NCBI GenBank assembly: GCA_964016885.1
Contig: OZ024742.1
Coordinates: forward strand, 244,032,001-244,096,000
Direction: 5' to 3'
Origin: Eledone cirrhosa
Lineage: Eukaryota
DNA length: 64,000 nt
Under the pieces are notes generated by a model, which was not told the DNA's origin, searched no databases, and saw only the letters and a program-made list of their open reading frames with translations. Position 1 is the first letter of the stretch. Each line of letters begins with the position of its first letter. Below, one piece after another: positions 26,962 through 40,374 of the stretch. The translations under genes and the position numbers were made by a program.

Positions 26962-27384
26962 CTTTATTGGAATTTAACATTTAGGGCCATTCTTTTTGAA
27001 TGAGCCCAGTGCTGTAACAAATTTAAATAGCCTTACCTACTGTGATAAGGTTGTTTATGTGTACTGTTGTCAACCATTGCCATATCACAACATACTTTTC
27101 AACAAGTGGTTTCAAAGTCCATTTTTCACACATGTTAACATGATTAGTGACCACCACAAATATATCAGCTGTCTGAGCTGTAGGCTTTGTAGGACACCTA
27201 ACTCACTGAATCTTCCTACAGATATATATTACTGTTGCATTTAATATACTGAACATTTAACCAATGAATTGATGTATATATGAGAGTAGAAACAATAATG
27301 TTGTGATTGGTGAAGTTAACAAGTGCTTTGAGAACTCTGTTGCTGCTGCTGTTAACACCGCCACCACCACCTATGGCCAGAGGA

Positions 27385-27740
27385 CTGCAGTATGACGGAA
27401 TGGTTAAAGAGTTTACATCACAATCATTAGGTCCCATGTTCAATCCTACTGCAGGGAATTTTGGGCTAGTGTCATTTACCATAGCCTCAGGTTAACCCTT
27501 GACTTGTGAGTGAAATTTGGTTGGCAGAAACTGTTTGAAGCCCATCAGATGAACTGTACTGTAATTCAAAGGGCCAGCTTTGTTATACCTTGTATCATGC
27601 TGAATCTCCCTGAGAATTACATTAAAGTACATGTGTGTGTGGAATGCTCAATTACTTACATGTTAATTTTATGAGCAAATAGTTCTGTTTATTGAACAGC
27701 TGGGACACTCCTCATTGCCAATGATAGAGGCCCATCAACA
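27385..27740 (+). mobile_element. Decayed tRNA-derived SINE (family D)
   Basis: tggttaa.ag...gttcaatcc.actgca...ttgggc.agtgt..tt.accatagcctc...cttgtgagtg.aatttggt.g.cagaaactg..gaagccc. A related fragment is at about 1520-1610. Confidence 0.6.
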
Positions 27741-27978
27741 TCAGCGCTTCTAAAAAAAAGATGTTATTGTTTAACCCTAGACTAACCTGGATTAAGCAAA
27801 CCTATGATCAAAGCTATTCTAATCATGGCTATCACTTCTTTTTCATGTGTTAAAAACCCAAGACCTCAGTAGGGTGTGATTTGAGTGACATTTGGCTGCC
27901 ACTTCTAGCAAGTTGAGGGATTACATAAAGGGTCTCTGTTTGTCTGTAAAAGGGCTGTAAACTTTCTCATACTATATG

Positions 27979-28017
<39 letters not shown>

Positions 28018-29976
28018 CTGTTATTTATAACAATCAACTGTGGTTACAATTATTTTCTGCATTTGGGACTTCTATATTTTCTAAGTATTTCAAATCTATC
28101 CATTGCTCTGATATTTTCGAAATGTTTACATCGAAGCTGGTGGCTTAGCTTTCTATGTAAGACAGAAGTTCTTGTCAGAGGTTGTTTAGAGTGTTCAGTC
28201 GGAATTTGATTCATTGTAGTGGCTGCTAGCCACTTTTTCCCGTCTATAGGGGTATTTTACCAGATTTTCTAAGCTATTGTTTATACCAACTGACTGTGGT
28301 TACAGTTATTTTCTGCTTTTGGGATTTCTACATCTTCTAAGACTATATATAATACACACTCACACACACAAAAATATATTCACATACACATATAAAAGTC
28401 TTTGACCACCCTCATCTACGTTGGTGGTGGGAGTTTGGTAATGTCTTTCACTTCTTTGTTTTATCACCTTGAAATACTACCATATTATTGAAAGTTTTAC
28501 AAGTATCAGTTTATCTAATTAGTAAATCCATATCTGTCTTCAAATTTACTGTCTGCTTTCCTTTGTCTCTTCTCATATTATTATGTTGGAGTGTATTCTT
28601 CAGAACTCTATGATTCCATCCCATCTATGCTAAAATGATTATGTGCATCATTAATTAGCCTTGATTTATCACTATTATATCATTTCTCTTTAGACACTAC
28701 TTTCCTGAATCTATAACCTTACTGTCTGTTGGAATGTTATCCTTTTCATGTATTTAATACTGGACTACATACTTATAAATACATTATTTCTTCCCACAGG
28801 AAGATGTTTTGTTTTTTATTTTTTAAGAGAGATAAGGAAAACAGAACCTTCAAGAGTTAAGAATGTTCTTATGCTAGATAAGTAATATATATATATAATA
28901 TAGGTGTTAGGAAGGGCATTCAGCCATAGAAAACCTGCCAGATATTCCTATATGAGCGAGACACTGTCACCCGACCAGCCTTGCCTCAAGTGGGACAACT
29001 CCCATCTAGCCCATGCTAGCGTGGAAAATGGACGTTAAACGAAGATGATGATGATGATAGCCCAACTTATTGTCTTTCATTTAATTTTGTTATATTTATT
29101 GAAGAATTAGTTTGGCACAATGATTAGGATGTTGCTCCCACACTAACAAGTCAAGTTGATTCAATATTACTGTAAGCCACCTGAGAGCTTAATTAACTGG
29201 ACATCTCCAAATTGTGAGCTGTTAACAAACTGATAATAAGCAGTCATTATACAATTGTTCTGTTAATTAATTAATATTTTAAGATTGAAATCTATTATAC
29301 AGTTCTATCAACAAACCAGTGTGATTTTACTTCATAAACTGGATTTCATAAAAGATATAATATTTATATTATGTACATGTTAATGTCATTTTGATCCAAT
29401 TTTATAATCTGTTTACAATCAGCAATATTTCTAACTAATGAGTTACTTATTAACTACCTAAACTAACAAATGGTATTTACTTCAAAGTAGTCATTCCCAA
29501 TGTCTTCCAAAGTGTAACGCTATTATGCAATACAATCACAGATAAAGTTTATGTTTGTGTGCTGTGGTATGAAGTATAGAATTTAAAATATTGGGTCTCT
29601 TAACCTTAGACTCTGTTTGATATCACAACACACCAATATAGACCTTTTATACACCCATCAAACATGAATATATATACATGAACCATCTCTTCTAACCAAC
29701 CAATTCTCGTGATTATACTGTTATTCTGCAAACCTTCTCATACTGATCTGCAGGAGAATTTGCTAAGTTGATGATTATTGTGGTTGTATTGAAAGTGGCT
29801 ATGGTGGCAGTAGTAATGATGGTATTGTTTGAAATTAATGGTGGTAGTGATTGTATTGGTGTCTGTAGTGAGGAGTGATGGTGGTAATAATGATGCTGAT
29901 GGTGATTCATGCATCCAACTAATGATAGTTCAATAATAAAATATTGAATTATGAATTAAAATAGCATCATTTCAAT

Positions 29977-29982
<6 letters not shown>

Positions 29983-30052
<70 letters not shown>

Positions 30053-30061
30053 TCTCTCTCT
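29983..30061. repeat. (CT)n microsatellite
   Basis: Direct reading. Confidence 0.97.
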
Positions 30062-31910
30062 GTTTTTGTTTTATTCTTGTTTTTGTTATCTAGTTATTAT
30101 TTATGAGAGCAGTTTAGTACTAATTGGCAACTGGGAATGGGTAACAAGCCTTTATTTGTTCAACGCCACCATAATCCTCTTAAAGATGAGACAATAATAA
30201 CAAAATATAATGTTTAAAAAATATACAAAATAAAATTCTGTAGTTATTTCATTAATGAAATGTTAAAAAAAAAAAAGACATCAAACTACAAGTCAAAGAA
30301 AGCAACCGATTTTAACAACCCCTGCCTTCTTTTCTTTCTTCCTTTTGACACTGGCAAAATAACCTGCACCAAGTGGATGTCCTTGTAATTAGTTTATGTG
30401 AATCTTAATGTTCCCAAGCAATGCTGCTTGGGAAGAATATTGATTTGAAGATTTTTTTTCTCCCTAAATAGGTCCTGTGTGGGTGGAGGATATTTAATTG
30501 CAGAGAAAACCCCAAGTATTTTATTGTAATTAGTTAAAAGGGATGAGAATCAGCCCAACGACAGTGAGATTTGAACTTGTAGCCAAAATGGACAAAACTG
30601 AGTTATATAAAATATAGTCAGGCACTCTTGCTTTGACAAACAACATTTTTTTTTCTTCTGCCTTTGACTAGGAGTGGGGCTAAATTCCTGCAAGGAAAAG
30701 TCCTGTAATTCACTAGTTTGACTTTAGTATATCAAAGGTGAAAACAATGTTATTCTCAACAGGACTTGAACTGAGAGCCATGAATATAAACCCTTTTAAG
30801 CATTTAGATGATTGTTGTTAAGAACATTAATAGTCAGTTGTTAATACAAGAACTGCATGGCTCATTGCTTAGAATATTTCCCCTGTCCCAAAATACTACT
30901 GAAGAATTGTTTAATCTTAAAATACACAGAAGGAAGAAACTACAGAGCTTATTGACCTGGTTTTACCAGGCTAGGTCAACACAACATGGTATCACTGACA
31001 ATAAATAAATAGATAAGAATTAAATAAGAATTTATTTCCGTTCTTTCCTTCAAAGAAATACGTAGTTACATTCTAGATGGTATCTGGTTTGTTTAAGCCC
31101 ATTGTTTTGTAAAGAAACCACTATCATAGACATTGCATTTTAAACGACGCCATTTTATTTGATAGTAGCCAAATCACACTCATATCACAAATTACTGTCT
31201 TAAAAGCAGGAAGAGGGGGGGGGGCACATTGGATAATGTAGTTTTAAATTACATTATACTAGAAAAGAAAAGAAATAAACATATAGGGTGGTCATGGCAG
31301 GAATGCTTTTGATGATAGGTCTGCTTGATCGGAGATGGCTTCGAGCTAAAAACAATTTGCTTTTAAAGTTATCTTCAAACGTCAACAAAAAGTTACCTCC
31401 CTTACATCATTTTACGTATGAATTTTTTAAAGCTATTTTAACCGAATATTTTTCATCAAAATTTTAGTCGTGTGAATACATCTTAGAAGATTGTGATTTT
31501 GTAAGCAGTGAATTATCAAATGTAGTCATAGCGATTATTCAGATTTTTATATTTGCTTCTTTGTATTTGTTTTTTTCTAAATGAAGGCCAGCTCGAGTTG
31601 TTTTGTCAGTTATGGCAATATTGATTTTTGTTTCTCGTCAGCTAGATAACTTTAGTTTTATTTTTCAGAGAGAGAAAGAGAGTGAGTGTGTGTGAGAGAG
31701 AGAGAGAGAGAGAGAGGGAGGGAGGGGGAAGCTCGCACCATGTGTGTACGTGTGTTGTCAGATGTACTAGTGAACGTTATTATGTGCATATATGTTAATC
31801 TATTTGTAATGAAACATGTTTGTGCATCCATATACATTCAACCACCAACCCAAATGAAGAACTAAAAATATGTTTTCTCCATGAATGATTTCTCTTCATA
31901 TCTAACAAGG

Positions 31911-32018
31911 TCGTCACCGTCATCATCATCATCATCGTCGTCATCACCACCATCATCATCATCATCATCACCACCATCATCATCATCATTGTCATCATCA
32001 CCATCACCACTGCCATCA
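31911..32018. repeat. (CAT/CAC/CGT)n microsatellite, probably an RTE-type tail
   Basis: Followed by tttagacgtat, resembling the start of minus-strand RTE-type termini. Confidence 0.85.
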
Positions 32019-33379
32019 TTTAGACGTATTATTAATTAGATGGTTTGGGGTATCTCGCTGGGCTGAAATGAAATTCCTACTGTTGCCGATTTCATATTTC
32101 ATAATCTGTCAGGAAGAACAACTAGTAATATACTATGTCAGTTCAACAGTATAATTGAGAGAGGAATACCACCTGGGAGTCTACTGCATACTAGATACAA
32201 ATATTGTATGATTTCACACATATTATCAAATGAGCTGAAAAACGTTTGATCAACTGAGATTATCCAAACAATTAGTAGACAAAATCTTCCTCTAGGTATG
32301 CCTAAAATCTAAATTGCAAGTAAGGGAAATAACTCCAATAAAATCAGTAGATCAAAATTCTTAGACAATATAGAAAATTTAGTATTAGAGTGAATCTAAT
32401 CTTATGTCATCTTATGAACGTAATGGACATGTTTCATTCTTAGAACTTCTCAGTGAAACATTCAACTCAGTTGTTTTTTTCCTACCAAACTCAAAATATT
32501 ATTCTTAAAACATTTACACTTTATTCAAAATCTTCCCATTAAATAAAACATGTGTCGAAGAAAGAAATTATTGTGGATATGAGGGTAACAGTATCTCAGA
32601 AACAGGGGGAATGCCAAACTTGTCGTTTTAAATTACTTCTCTTTTTGTTCTGAGTTCAACTCTAGTGAGATGACAGCCTTTCATTCTTCCAAGGTCGATA
32701 AAATAAACAGCAATCGATTTAGTTGAACATATTCACTCCTCTTTGTGCTCTTGTGCCAAAGTTAAAAATCACCATGACAATAACAATAACAATAACAATA
32801 ATAATCATAATCAACCTCATCTTTATTATTTGTTGCATAAATACACATGGCCTAGGGTAGGTGTTGAAGTGGTGATATCTGTCTAATAATCTCTGGTCAC
32901 TTTGTGGTTTTCACCAATGGGACATAGATTTCCAAGGCACAGTTGCTCTCTCTCTCTCCTTCTAGCCAACTTTAAGTTTTAATACCTCCTTTAGTCAGCT
33001 CAGATCAAGTGTATGACAATGCTGTTTTAGGAGAGCCAGTTATATACAATGGTAGGCCATTGTATGGCCATTTATGCCTGACACAAACTGGATGGCTGAA
33101 TTTCCTTAGATGTTTAGAGGCATTCCTCGGAACAGCTTACTCATTTGTGTTAGTGGACAATTAAAATGGCTCCCTAGGCACAGGCAGGAATTATGTGGGA
33201 GTAGCCTGTAGGAGAGGAGTTGTAGAAGCCTTGCTAGCCTACCCACTCAGACAGTTCCAACTCTTCTACATTTCGGTGATATGCCAGTGTGACAAACCAG
33301 GGTGGTGTCATCTAGGTTGTGGTTCAAGTTTTCATCTGGTTAACTGTTAGGCTTAGTATAAGTTGTCCATAGTTCCATG

Positions 33380-35165
33380 TAGTTGGCTACATAAACCATA
33401 AACTCATGGTGTGTTCAGTCAGTTTACACAAAGCCAAATAAACACGAACCTGTTTAGTGGAAACTAAATGCATCTTTCCCAGCATGATTTAGGGATTAAA
33501 TTAACAAATTGCCTAAGTGAGAATTGATGGGTGCTGTCATCAAGAACAAGTGGTGGATCTTGCGAAGAAAGAAAGAAAAACAATTAGGGTAGCATCCATT
33601 AGCTTTGGTAGATAAATAGTGACAGAAAGTAGTTGAATGGCTGAAGCTAGCCAATTGATTAGAAGAGGCACAAAAGAAGCATTGTTTGTGGGCAGGAAAT
33701 TGCTCAATGGGCCTGGGTAGTAGAAGTGCAGCATGGCAACAAAGCCACATTTTAATCACTGATTGGTTATCACAGATGGGTACATACTATCTATTCAAAG
33801 AAGATGCATATGATTTTCCAGTAACATTATTGATGAAGTAACAGACTAGCAACATTGGACTTTGATGCATACCTAGTTGATCTGCCAGAATTTTCAACTG
33901 AAGATGCAGAGTTCTGTGAAAGGGAGATTTCAGCAGAAATGGCCAATGTGTTTAACTGTTGTATGAGGGGTCAATCACCAGGATTGAATGATTTGCCCTA
34001 CACACTTTATTACTATACACCATGCTTGTTTGCTACTGTTTTGGTAGCTGTCTACAACAGCTAGCAATAGACTGGGAGTATTCCCAGTCATGTGAGCTGG
34101 GCAGTGGTGAGGCTGCTGAGGGAGGATCTGAACAAGGGGACATGGCAGACAACTTCAGAGTTGAAGGTTTTGGTATCAGTGCTCATTAAAAGGTTGGTGC
34201 TAGTTGTCAGTAATGTAGTCTGAGCTGCACAAACTTATGCTATCTTCAGCAGATATTTCTACCTAATGTAGAGTGACTTAGAAACAAGTCTGGCTTTAAT
34301 GGAGCGTTAATCAATTTGGATCACTCCAAAGCTTGAACATGGCTGCCTTAGTGGCTTTCCTAAGAACAGCCTGTTTGGATCAATCCCAAACTTACAACAT
34401 GGCTGCCTCATGGTCATCCTAAGAACAGCCAGTTTCAGTTCCATCTTCAGAAGCTGAATTGCTATGTACAATGTTGTTTGATGGTTAAACTAAATAGTAA
34501 TTTCTTGGAGCCATTTTATATTGCATACTTAGTCGATCAAGAATGTATTTTCTATTCTGTATGTTCTGTTACTGAGGCCATTGCTGCTGAGACTTGGGAC
34601 CATTGAGGGGGTATCCTGCTTGAACTGGGATACATTATAATGTTGGACACTTGCGAAATAGGAAGAGTACAAGGAGGCTATAGGAGCATGCATCAACTAC
34701 AACACAGTACTGGGAGAGGCAAGCACATGCAAGCTAATAGCAGCTTCTGCTGAACTGAGAGTTCAGTTAAGGTGCTCAGAGTCTGCCAAGTGGAGAAAAA
34801 CTGGGAAGTAGTTACGAACAAGATGGCTCACTTCATTTAGAAATGTGCTGAGAGGAAGACGTCCCTGAAAGGTCATGTGGGAGTGGCAATGAAATTGTTT
34901 TCACACACTTGTTTAGTGGCCATGCACTACCAACTTGTGGGCTTGTGTCAAACTACTGCTATCACATCAGCTATCAGTATATTGTGAAGATATACCTACC
35001 ACCTTTCTTTAGCAAGGAAGGGCAGATTGTCTATCTTTGCCTGGTGGCAATGATGAAGGAGATTGTGTGATGGACAAAGTTGAAAGGTTTGAGGACAGAG
35101 ATTCTCTTTGCTGACCAAGCCCTCATCGACTTCTTCAAGCACGATCTTAAGAGGAGGATAAGATT
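33380..35165 (+). mobile_element. Heavily decayed L1/Tx1-like LINE (ORF2 remnant)
   Basis: Remnants GQSPGLNDLPY.LYY, DLNKG..ADNFR, LKVL..VLIKRL.LVV, ALINLDHSKA and a C-terminal MKEIV*WTKLKG...LIDFFKHDLKRRIR, with many stops and deletions. Confidence 0.75.
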
Positions 35166-35189
35166 GTTGAGATATTGGACAAAATATAC

Positions 35190-35592
35190 TACAGTATGGC
35201 TCTTTATGTTATGAGTTCAAATCCCTCTAAGGTCAGTTTAACCATTCATTGTTCCAGGGTCAATAGAATATAATACCAGTCAAATACTGAGGTCAATTTC
35301 ATCAACTAACCTCCACCCTAAATTTCTGGCAATGCACCTATGTTAAAAAACAGTTATTGTAATTGTTATTATTTGGGGTAGTAGATAGCAGTCACAGTAG
35401 AGCAACAGTTAAAATGTCATATAATCTATGTTCAGAGTTCAAATCCTGCTATGGTTCATTTTACCTTTCACCCTGCCAAAGTTAATAAAATATACACCAG
35501 ATAAGTACAATGTAGAGTGGGATTTAGAATCAGCTATAACTATGTCCCTTAGTTTGTGTCCTTCTACTAAAGTTAGAAATAATTATTATTAC
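35190..35592 (+). mobile_element. Two tandem decayed family A SINEs. Further decayed copies at about 32600-32790, 37645-37860, 51420-51540, 51722-51915
   Basis: gagttcaaatcc...ggtc.a.ttt.cc.ttca...gt.aataaaata.a.accag. Confidence 0.7.
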
Positions 35593-35610
35593 TATACATT
35601 CCTATTTGAA

Positions 35611-35743
35611 GGCGCATGACTTAGTGGTTAGAGCGTCAGGCTTACAATCTTTCTAGGTGCAAATCCCATGGTCATTCGTGACTGAAGGGGGTCTGTACCG
35701 GTTTTTTTTTTTTTTTATTTTTTTTTTTTTTTTTTTTTTTTTT
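35611..35743 (+). mobile_element. Internally deleted family C SINE with long T tract and imperfect TSD
   Basis: tRNA-like ggcgcatgacttagtggttagagcgtcagg is joined directly to the 3' end ctaggtgcaaatcccatggtcattcgtgactgaaggggg. Flanks are tacattcctattt and tacattcttattt. Confidence 0.65.
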
Positions 35744-36858
35744 ACATTCTTATTTATTTTCTTTAAAAAATATCAGGCTTTTTGCCTATGGAAGAATTAG
35801 TGGTGTTGTGGTGGCATGTTGGTAAATTCTTGGCTAATCCAGATTCCTGGTTTGGAATAACTGCTTAAATATTGTTTGGAAAGTTGTGAATGTATCCATT
35901 CCCTAATAACTTAATACACCAGCATATGTTGTATGAGAAACTTCATGTCCCACTTTGACATTATCAGCTGCATTATCATCAACAACATCTTCATCAGTAC
36001 TGACTAGCTAAACATCATCAGCATTGTTTTATGTCTGCTTCTTCATGGGCTGGTTTTCTGATGCAGTGATTTACACCTAGATGACTTTCCTGTCATCAAC
36101 CTTTTTAGTTATTCCTTATGGTATTCAGAGTATCTATTCTAAAACTAGGATTACATGATCCTAATGCACATGCTAACCAGCATGTCAATCATGCTGAAAT
36201 ATTTTATGGCTTTCTGAAAAATTATGACTCTGGATTGAAATATATATATATCTATATAAATAAGGAACAAAAACAAATATTTATTTACCTCACCACAAAA
36301 TTCTGTGTTGATTAGATTGTTCAGGTATTTGTCAGGTACCAGTTCATTAGATCTTAAATATATTTTCTTTCAGTTTCTTTTCATCTCATTCCTTGGTACA
36401 TTGCTCAGATGTTGTTGTTGTTTTTACCCCCCAGCCCACCACCCACCAATATTGCTCCTCATTAACTTCTCTACTTGACTGTTTTATCAGGTTGCCATCC
36501 ATCCTTACTCAAAGGCTATTCTTAGACTGATATACTCACTATACCTCTCATTCATTGCTTTTAATTTTATCTTGCAAGCTTCCTAACAACCATCAGCTCA
36601 TTATTCTTATTGGCATAGCTTCACAGAAATATGTGTTTTCGGTAGCATTGTAAATTCTCAAATCGGACTTTTGAGGTCATAGTTGTTGAGTTTTCTTTTT
36701 CCCTTTTATATTTACTTTGGAGAAAAATAAATATACAGAATAGAAATAAGCTGTAATTAGAATAAATAGGCAACTTAGAATATATGTATGACCTTGAATT
36801 TCTTTGGTGAGGATAGATTGAGGCCAAATTTGTTTTTTAGTTTTCAAAGATACAGTAT

Positions 36859-36983
<125 letters not shown>

Positions 36984-39900
36984 ACGATAAAAAAAAAGGA
37001 GGGGAATGAATACAGCAAAACAAAGTTGCTGGTTTTTGTCAAATATTTCTGAAAGTAAAATGTTACTCAAGTATCTTGATCCTTAGATGCTTTGTTATTT
37101 GAAATATTGGTTTATCTTCTTAAAATTAAGATTACAACCAATAAAGCCAGCATTGCTTCTGATAACAGTGATATTTCTGACATAATGCAATATGGTGTTT
37201 GACAAGAACGAGTGCTTAAGGAAATGGAATGAAATTATTAATGAAGTTTTAGCTTCTAATGTCATTTCTTGGCTGAAGCTTTCATGATAGAATTCTAATT
37301 TGCTCGCAAGGTTAAAAATAATACAAAACATGTAAATAGATGTTGTAGCTTACAAAAATTATGTGGGAAGAGCAACTGAAGAGTTTTCAAAATTTAAGAA
37401 GAATTAGAAAAGAAAATTTTAAAGGTTTCTGAAAATGATTAAATGAATATTTAATGAAATATATCAAAGTCAATTGAACACTGCATGAAAATGTAATGTT
37501 GCAATGTATTAAATCATTTATTCTATTCTTACATTTCAATGTTTCCTGACTAGAAAACTACTAACTTTTTATTCACCATTATATTGTCTCATTTCAACAT
37601 TTCTATTCACCGAATCAGTGATACTTATTTATCTAGCTATGAATAAGGCAGAGTTGTTAAGTCATCAGATCAAATATCTCCGCTCTAAGTTCAATTACTG
37701 TCGAGGTCATCTTTGCTTTTCATTCTTTTGGTGTTGATAAAATAAAGTACCAGTCTATGGTGGTCCCTTGGTAGAATTGTTAGAGCATCAGAAGAGATTC
37801 TTTGTGATATTTGTTCTGGCACTCTGTGTTCTCAGTCAAATTTTGCTGAGAGACTCAAATCTTAGCAAAGGATAAAGTTAATCACTCTACAACAGGACCA
37901 CAACATATAAAAGCTGCAATTGATGGAAGAAAATAATTGTGACCATCTGCTACTGCAATCGAATGATGATGTTAAGCTATTTTACATATTACTAATCTAT
38001 AAATATTTATGTTAAGGATTCTTTCCACTTTGTTATATGATGAAGATATCCATATTACTTTATTTTAACTTACCATTCATTTTCGGTCTAAATACTATTT
38101 TGCATTGAGATCCACCTCATGATGGATTTATACTGAAGCCGCTGGTGTGTATCTTAGCATAATGCATATCTTGCAGCAAATACTTGTTTCACATGTAATT
38201 CATATACCCAGCTAGAGCAGGCAATGAACAGTGAGTGAAAGATATACATATTTTTGAATTGCACTTGTTTGCATTGCTTTGAAGTTTCAGAATTCACAAA
38301 TTTGGCCTGCAATTATTCAGATGAATAAACGGCAGAAAAGGAATATATTAAATCCGTATCTCAGTTTGTAATATATAGTTTAAGCATCACTACCACACAC
38401 AAGTGTGTTGAGACACTGGCCTTAATTTTGAGGTTGGTAACAGGTTTTCATTGCACCATATATAAAGAGTGGTCATATAAAAGTAGCTGACATACCTCAG
38501 TATACATTGTTACCCCAAAGTATTGTCATGGTTATATTAGTTTCATTGTGTAGGAAGATGACAAACACAATGTATTGCATTGCACCAGTTGCAATCACCA
38601 TCACCATCATCAGCATAGACAATCTCTCTCTAAAAAACACCCAAGAAACTCTTCCCTTTCCATGTGAAGTGGGAAACTATATTGAACTGGGGAAATATAA
38701 GAGAACACATCCCTGCAAAAAAAATTCAAATGCAATTATTACAATCTTCTTAACAACTTTTCTTTGACAAAGAATTCCATGGTCATCTGAGTGCATTTTC
38801 ATTCAGATTGTTTACATCAGCAGTGAGATAATCCCTGGACATAAGTCCTTGATGTTACACCTTACAGAGATCTGCATTCTTGTGTGTCTCAAATCATGGG
38901 GTTGTGGATGGTAAGAGGCAAGTAAAGATCAAAACAAAGTATCATCTTACATAACCAAGACAAATTGATCAGTTAATACAACAACACCCAGGAATTCTAA
39001 GCATGTGTATAATATTCAGAAACTTGGCAGGCTAACCTAGTGAAACTGTTGGAAGCTCTGAGTAAGCTTGGTTTAAGAAACAATCATATAAATAGTGATT
39101 CTTTTCTTTGATAGAACTCCTGCACAATTTAACTGGTTCTTTGACAGCACTGAAATGTTGCTAACACACCAGACAATACAGTGAAATTTGATAAACTGCA
39201 AGAAACCATATAGTATGCTGTATACAAAATTATATGACTTGTAGTCTATGCCAGCATCTCAAAGAAGCTGTAGATCCCATTCCTTTAACTATTTTACTAC
39301 TGAGAGTTGAGAAAGGATTTCTTCTGTATAATCTACTTCTCAAAACTTAAGTACTGTGGGGAATAGCTCAGTTTTCTGCTACTTTGACTAGTACAGACTA
39401 TTTTTATTATACTGCAGTAGTTACTGGGAGGATATTAGATTTGTAGTGCCCTGTATCACTTCTGAAAAGAACAATTTCTCAGGAAGCAATAGTACCAGAA
39501 CGAAGATGCTGAATAAGTGTGGCAGTTTGTTATTGGAAATCTTCCACAGCCTTCTTCAGTTGTGCTTAAAATTATGGGTGATTTGCATGGATGTTAATAT
39601 CTGCACCTATTACAGATACAAAAATTACAATGGAATTACCAATCATTTACCTCATATCTGTGCATGATTGATGTATAGTTCTACCATTAAACTCTCTATA
39701 TATTTATCTGTCATTTAGAGATATTCTCTCGAAAATGTTTTTATTGATTATTTATTGATATGTGTAGCATATCTGTTATCAAATGATTCCATAATGATCT
39801 TACATAACATCATTAAAGCTAAATGTCATTTCTCAATGTTGCTATCTCTATCATACCAACATCTTATTTAAATAGCTGTACATAGCAAACCCTACCTCCA

Positions 39901-40009
39901 TATAGCACAGATATTCCCTTTCATGTTTATTTACTTCTTCAATCTTTGTCTTTTGCATGTTTCACTTTCTTATATAATACCATTTTTATTGTAACATTCA
40001 CTATTACAA

Positions 40010-40067
40010 CTGCTAGTGCTTCTGCTGCTACTACTACTGCTGCTGCTACTACTAGTACTAGTACTAG

Positions 40068-40133
<66 letters not shown>

Positions 40134-40167
40134 CGCCACCGCCGCCACCACTACTACTACTACTACT
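40010..40167. repeat. (CTG/CTA/CCA)n compound trinucleotide microsatellite
   Basis: Direct reading. Confidence 0.95.
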
Positions 40168-40231
40168 GGATTGTGTCCAGAATATATTTTTTTACCCCCG
40201 TTAGTAAAATAAGTTGGATTACTTTGAATAA

Positions 40232-40374
40232 ATACCCAGTGCATTACTGGTACTTTATTTTATCGACCCCCGTAAGGATGAAAGGCAAAGTCAACCTCGG
40301 CGGGATTTGAACTCAGATCGTAAAGGGACGTAACTATGCTGAAAAGCATAGCGTCCGACCCTCTACCGATACTG
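40232..40374 (-). mobile_element. Young family A SINE, ends trimmed
   Basis: Near-identical to the 13808, 26007 and 43919 copies. Confidence 0.9.

Noticed and set aside
30094-30140. Other AG...GT exon candidates (30094, 28800, 23603, 31669)
   Set aside because: No similarity to ZMIZ1, weak donors, early stops or low-complexity content.
32110-32350. Possible Helentron-type or other mollusc repeat remnant (aagggaaataactc motif, weak inverted similarity to about 19545-19660)
   Set aside because: Too degenerate to define termini or family by eye.
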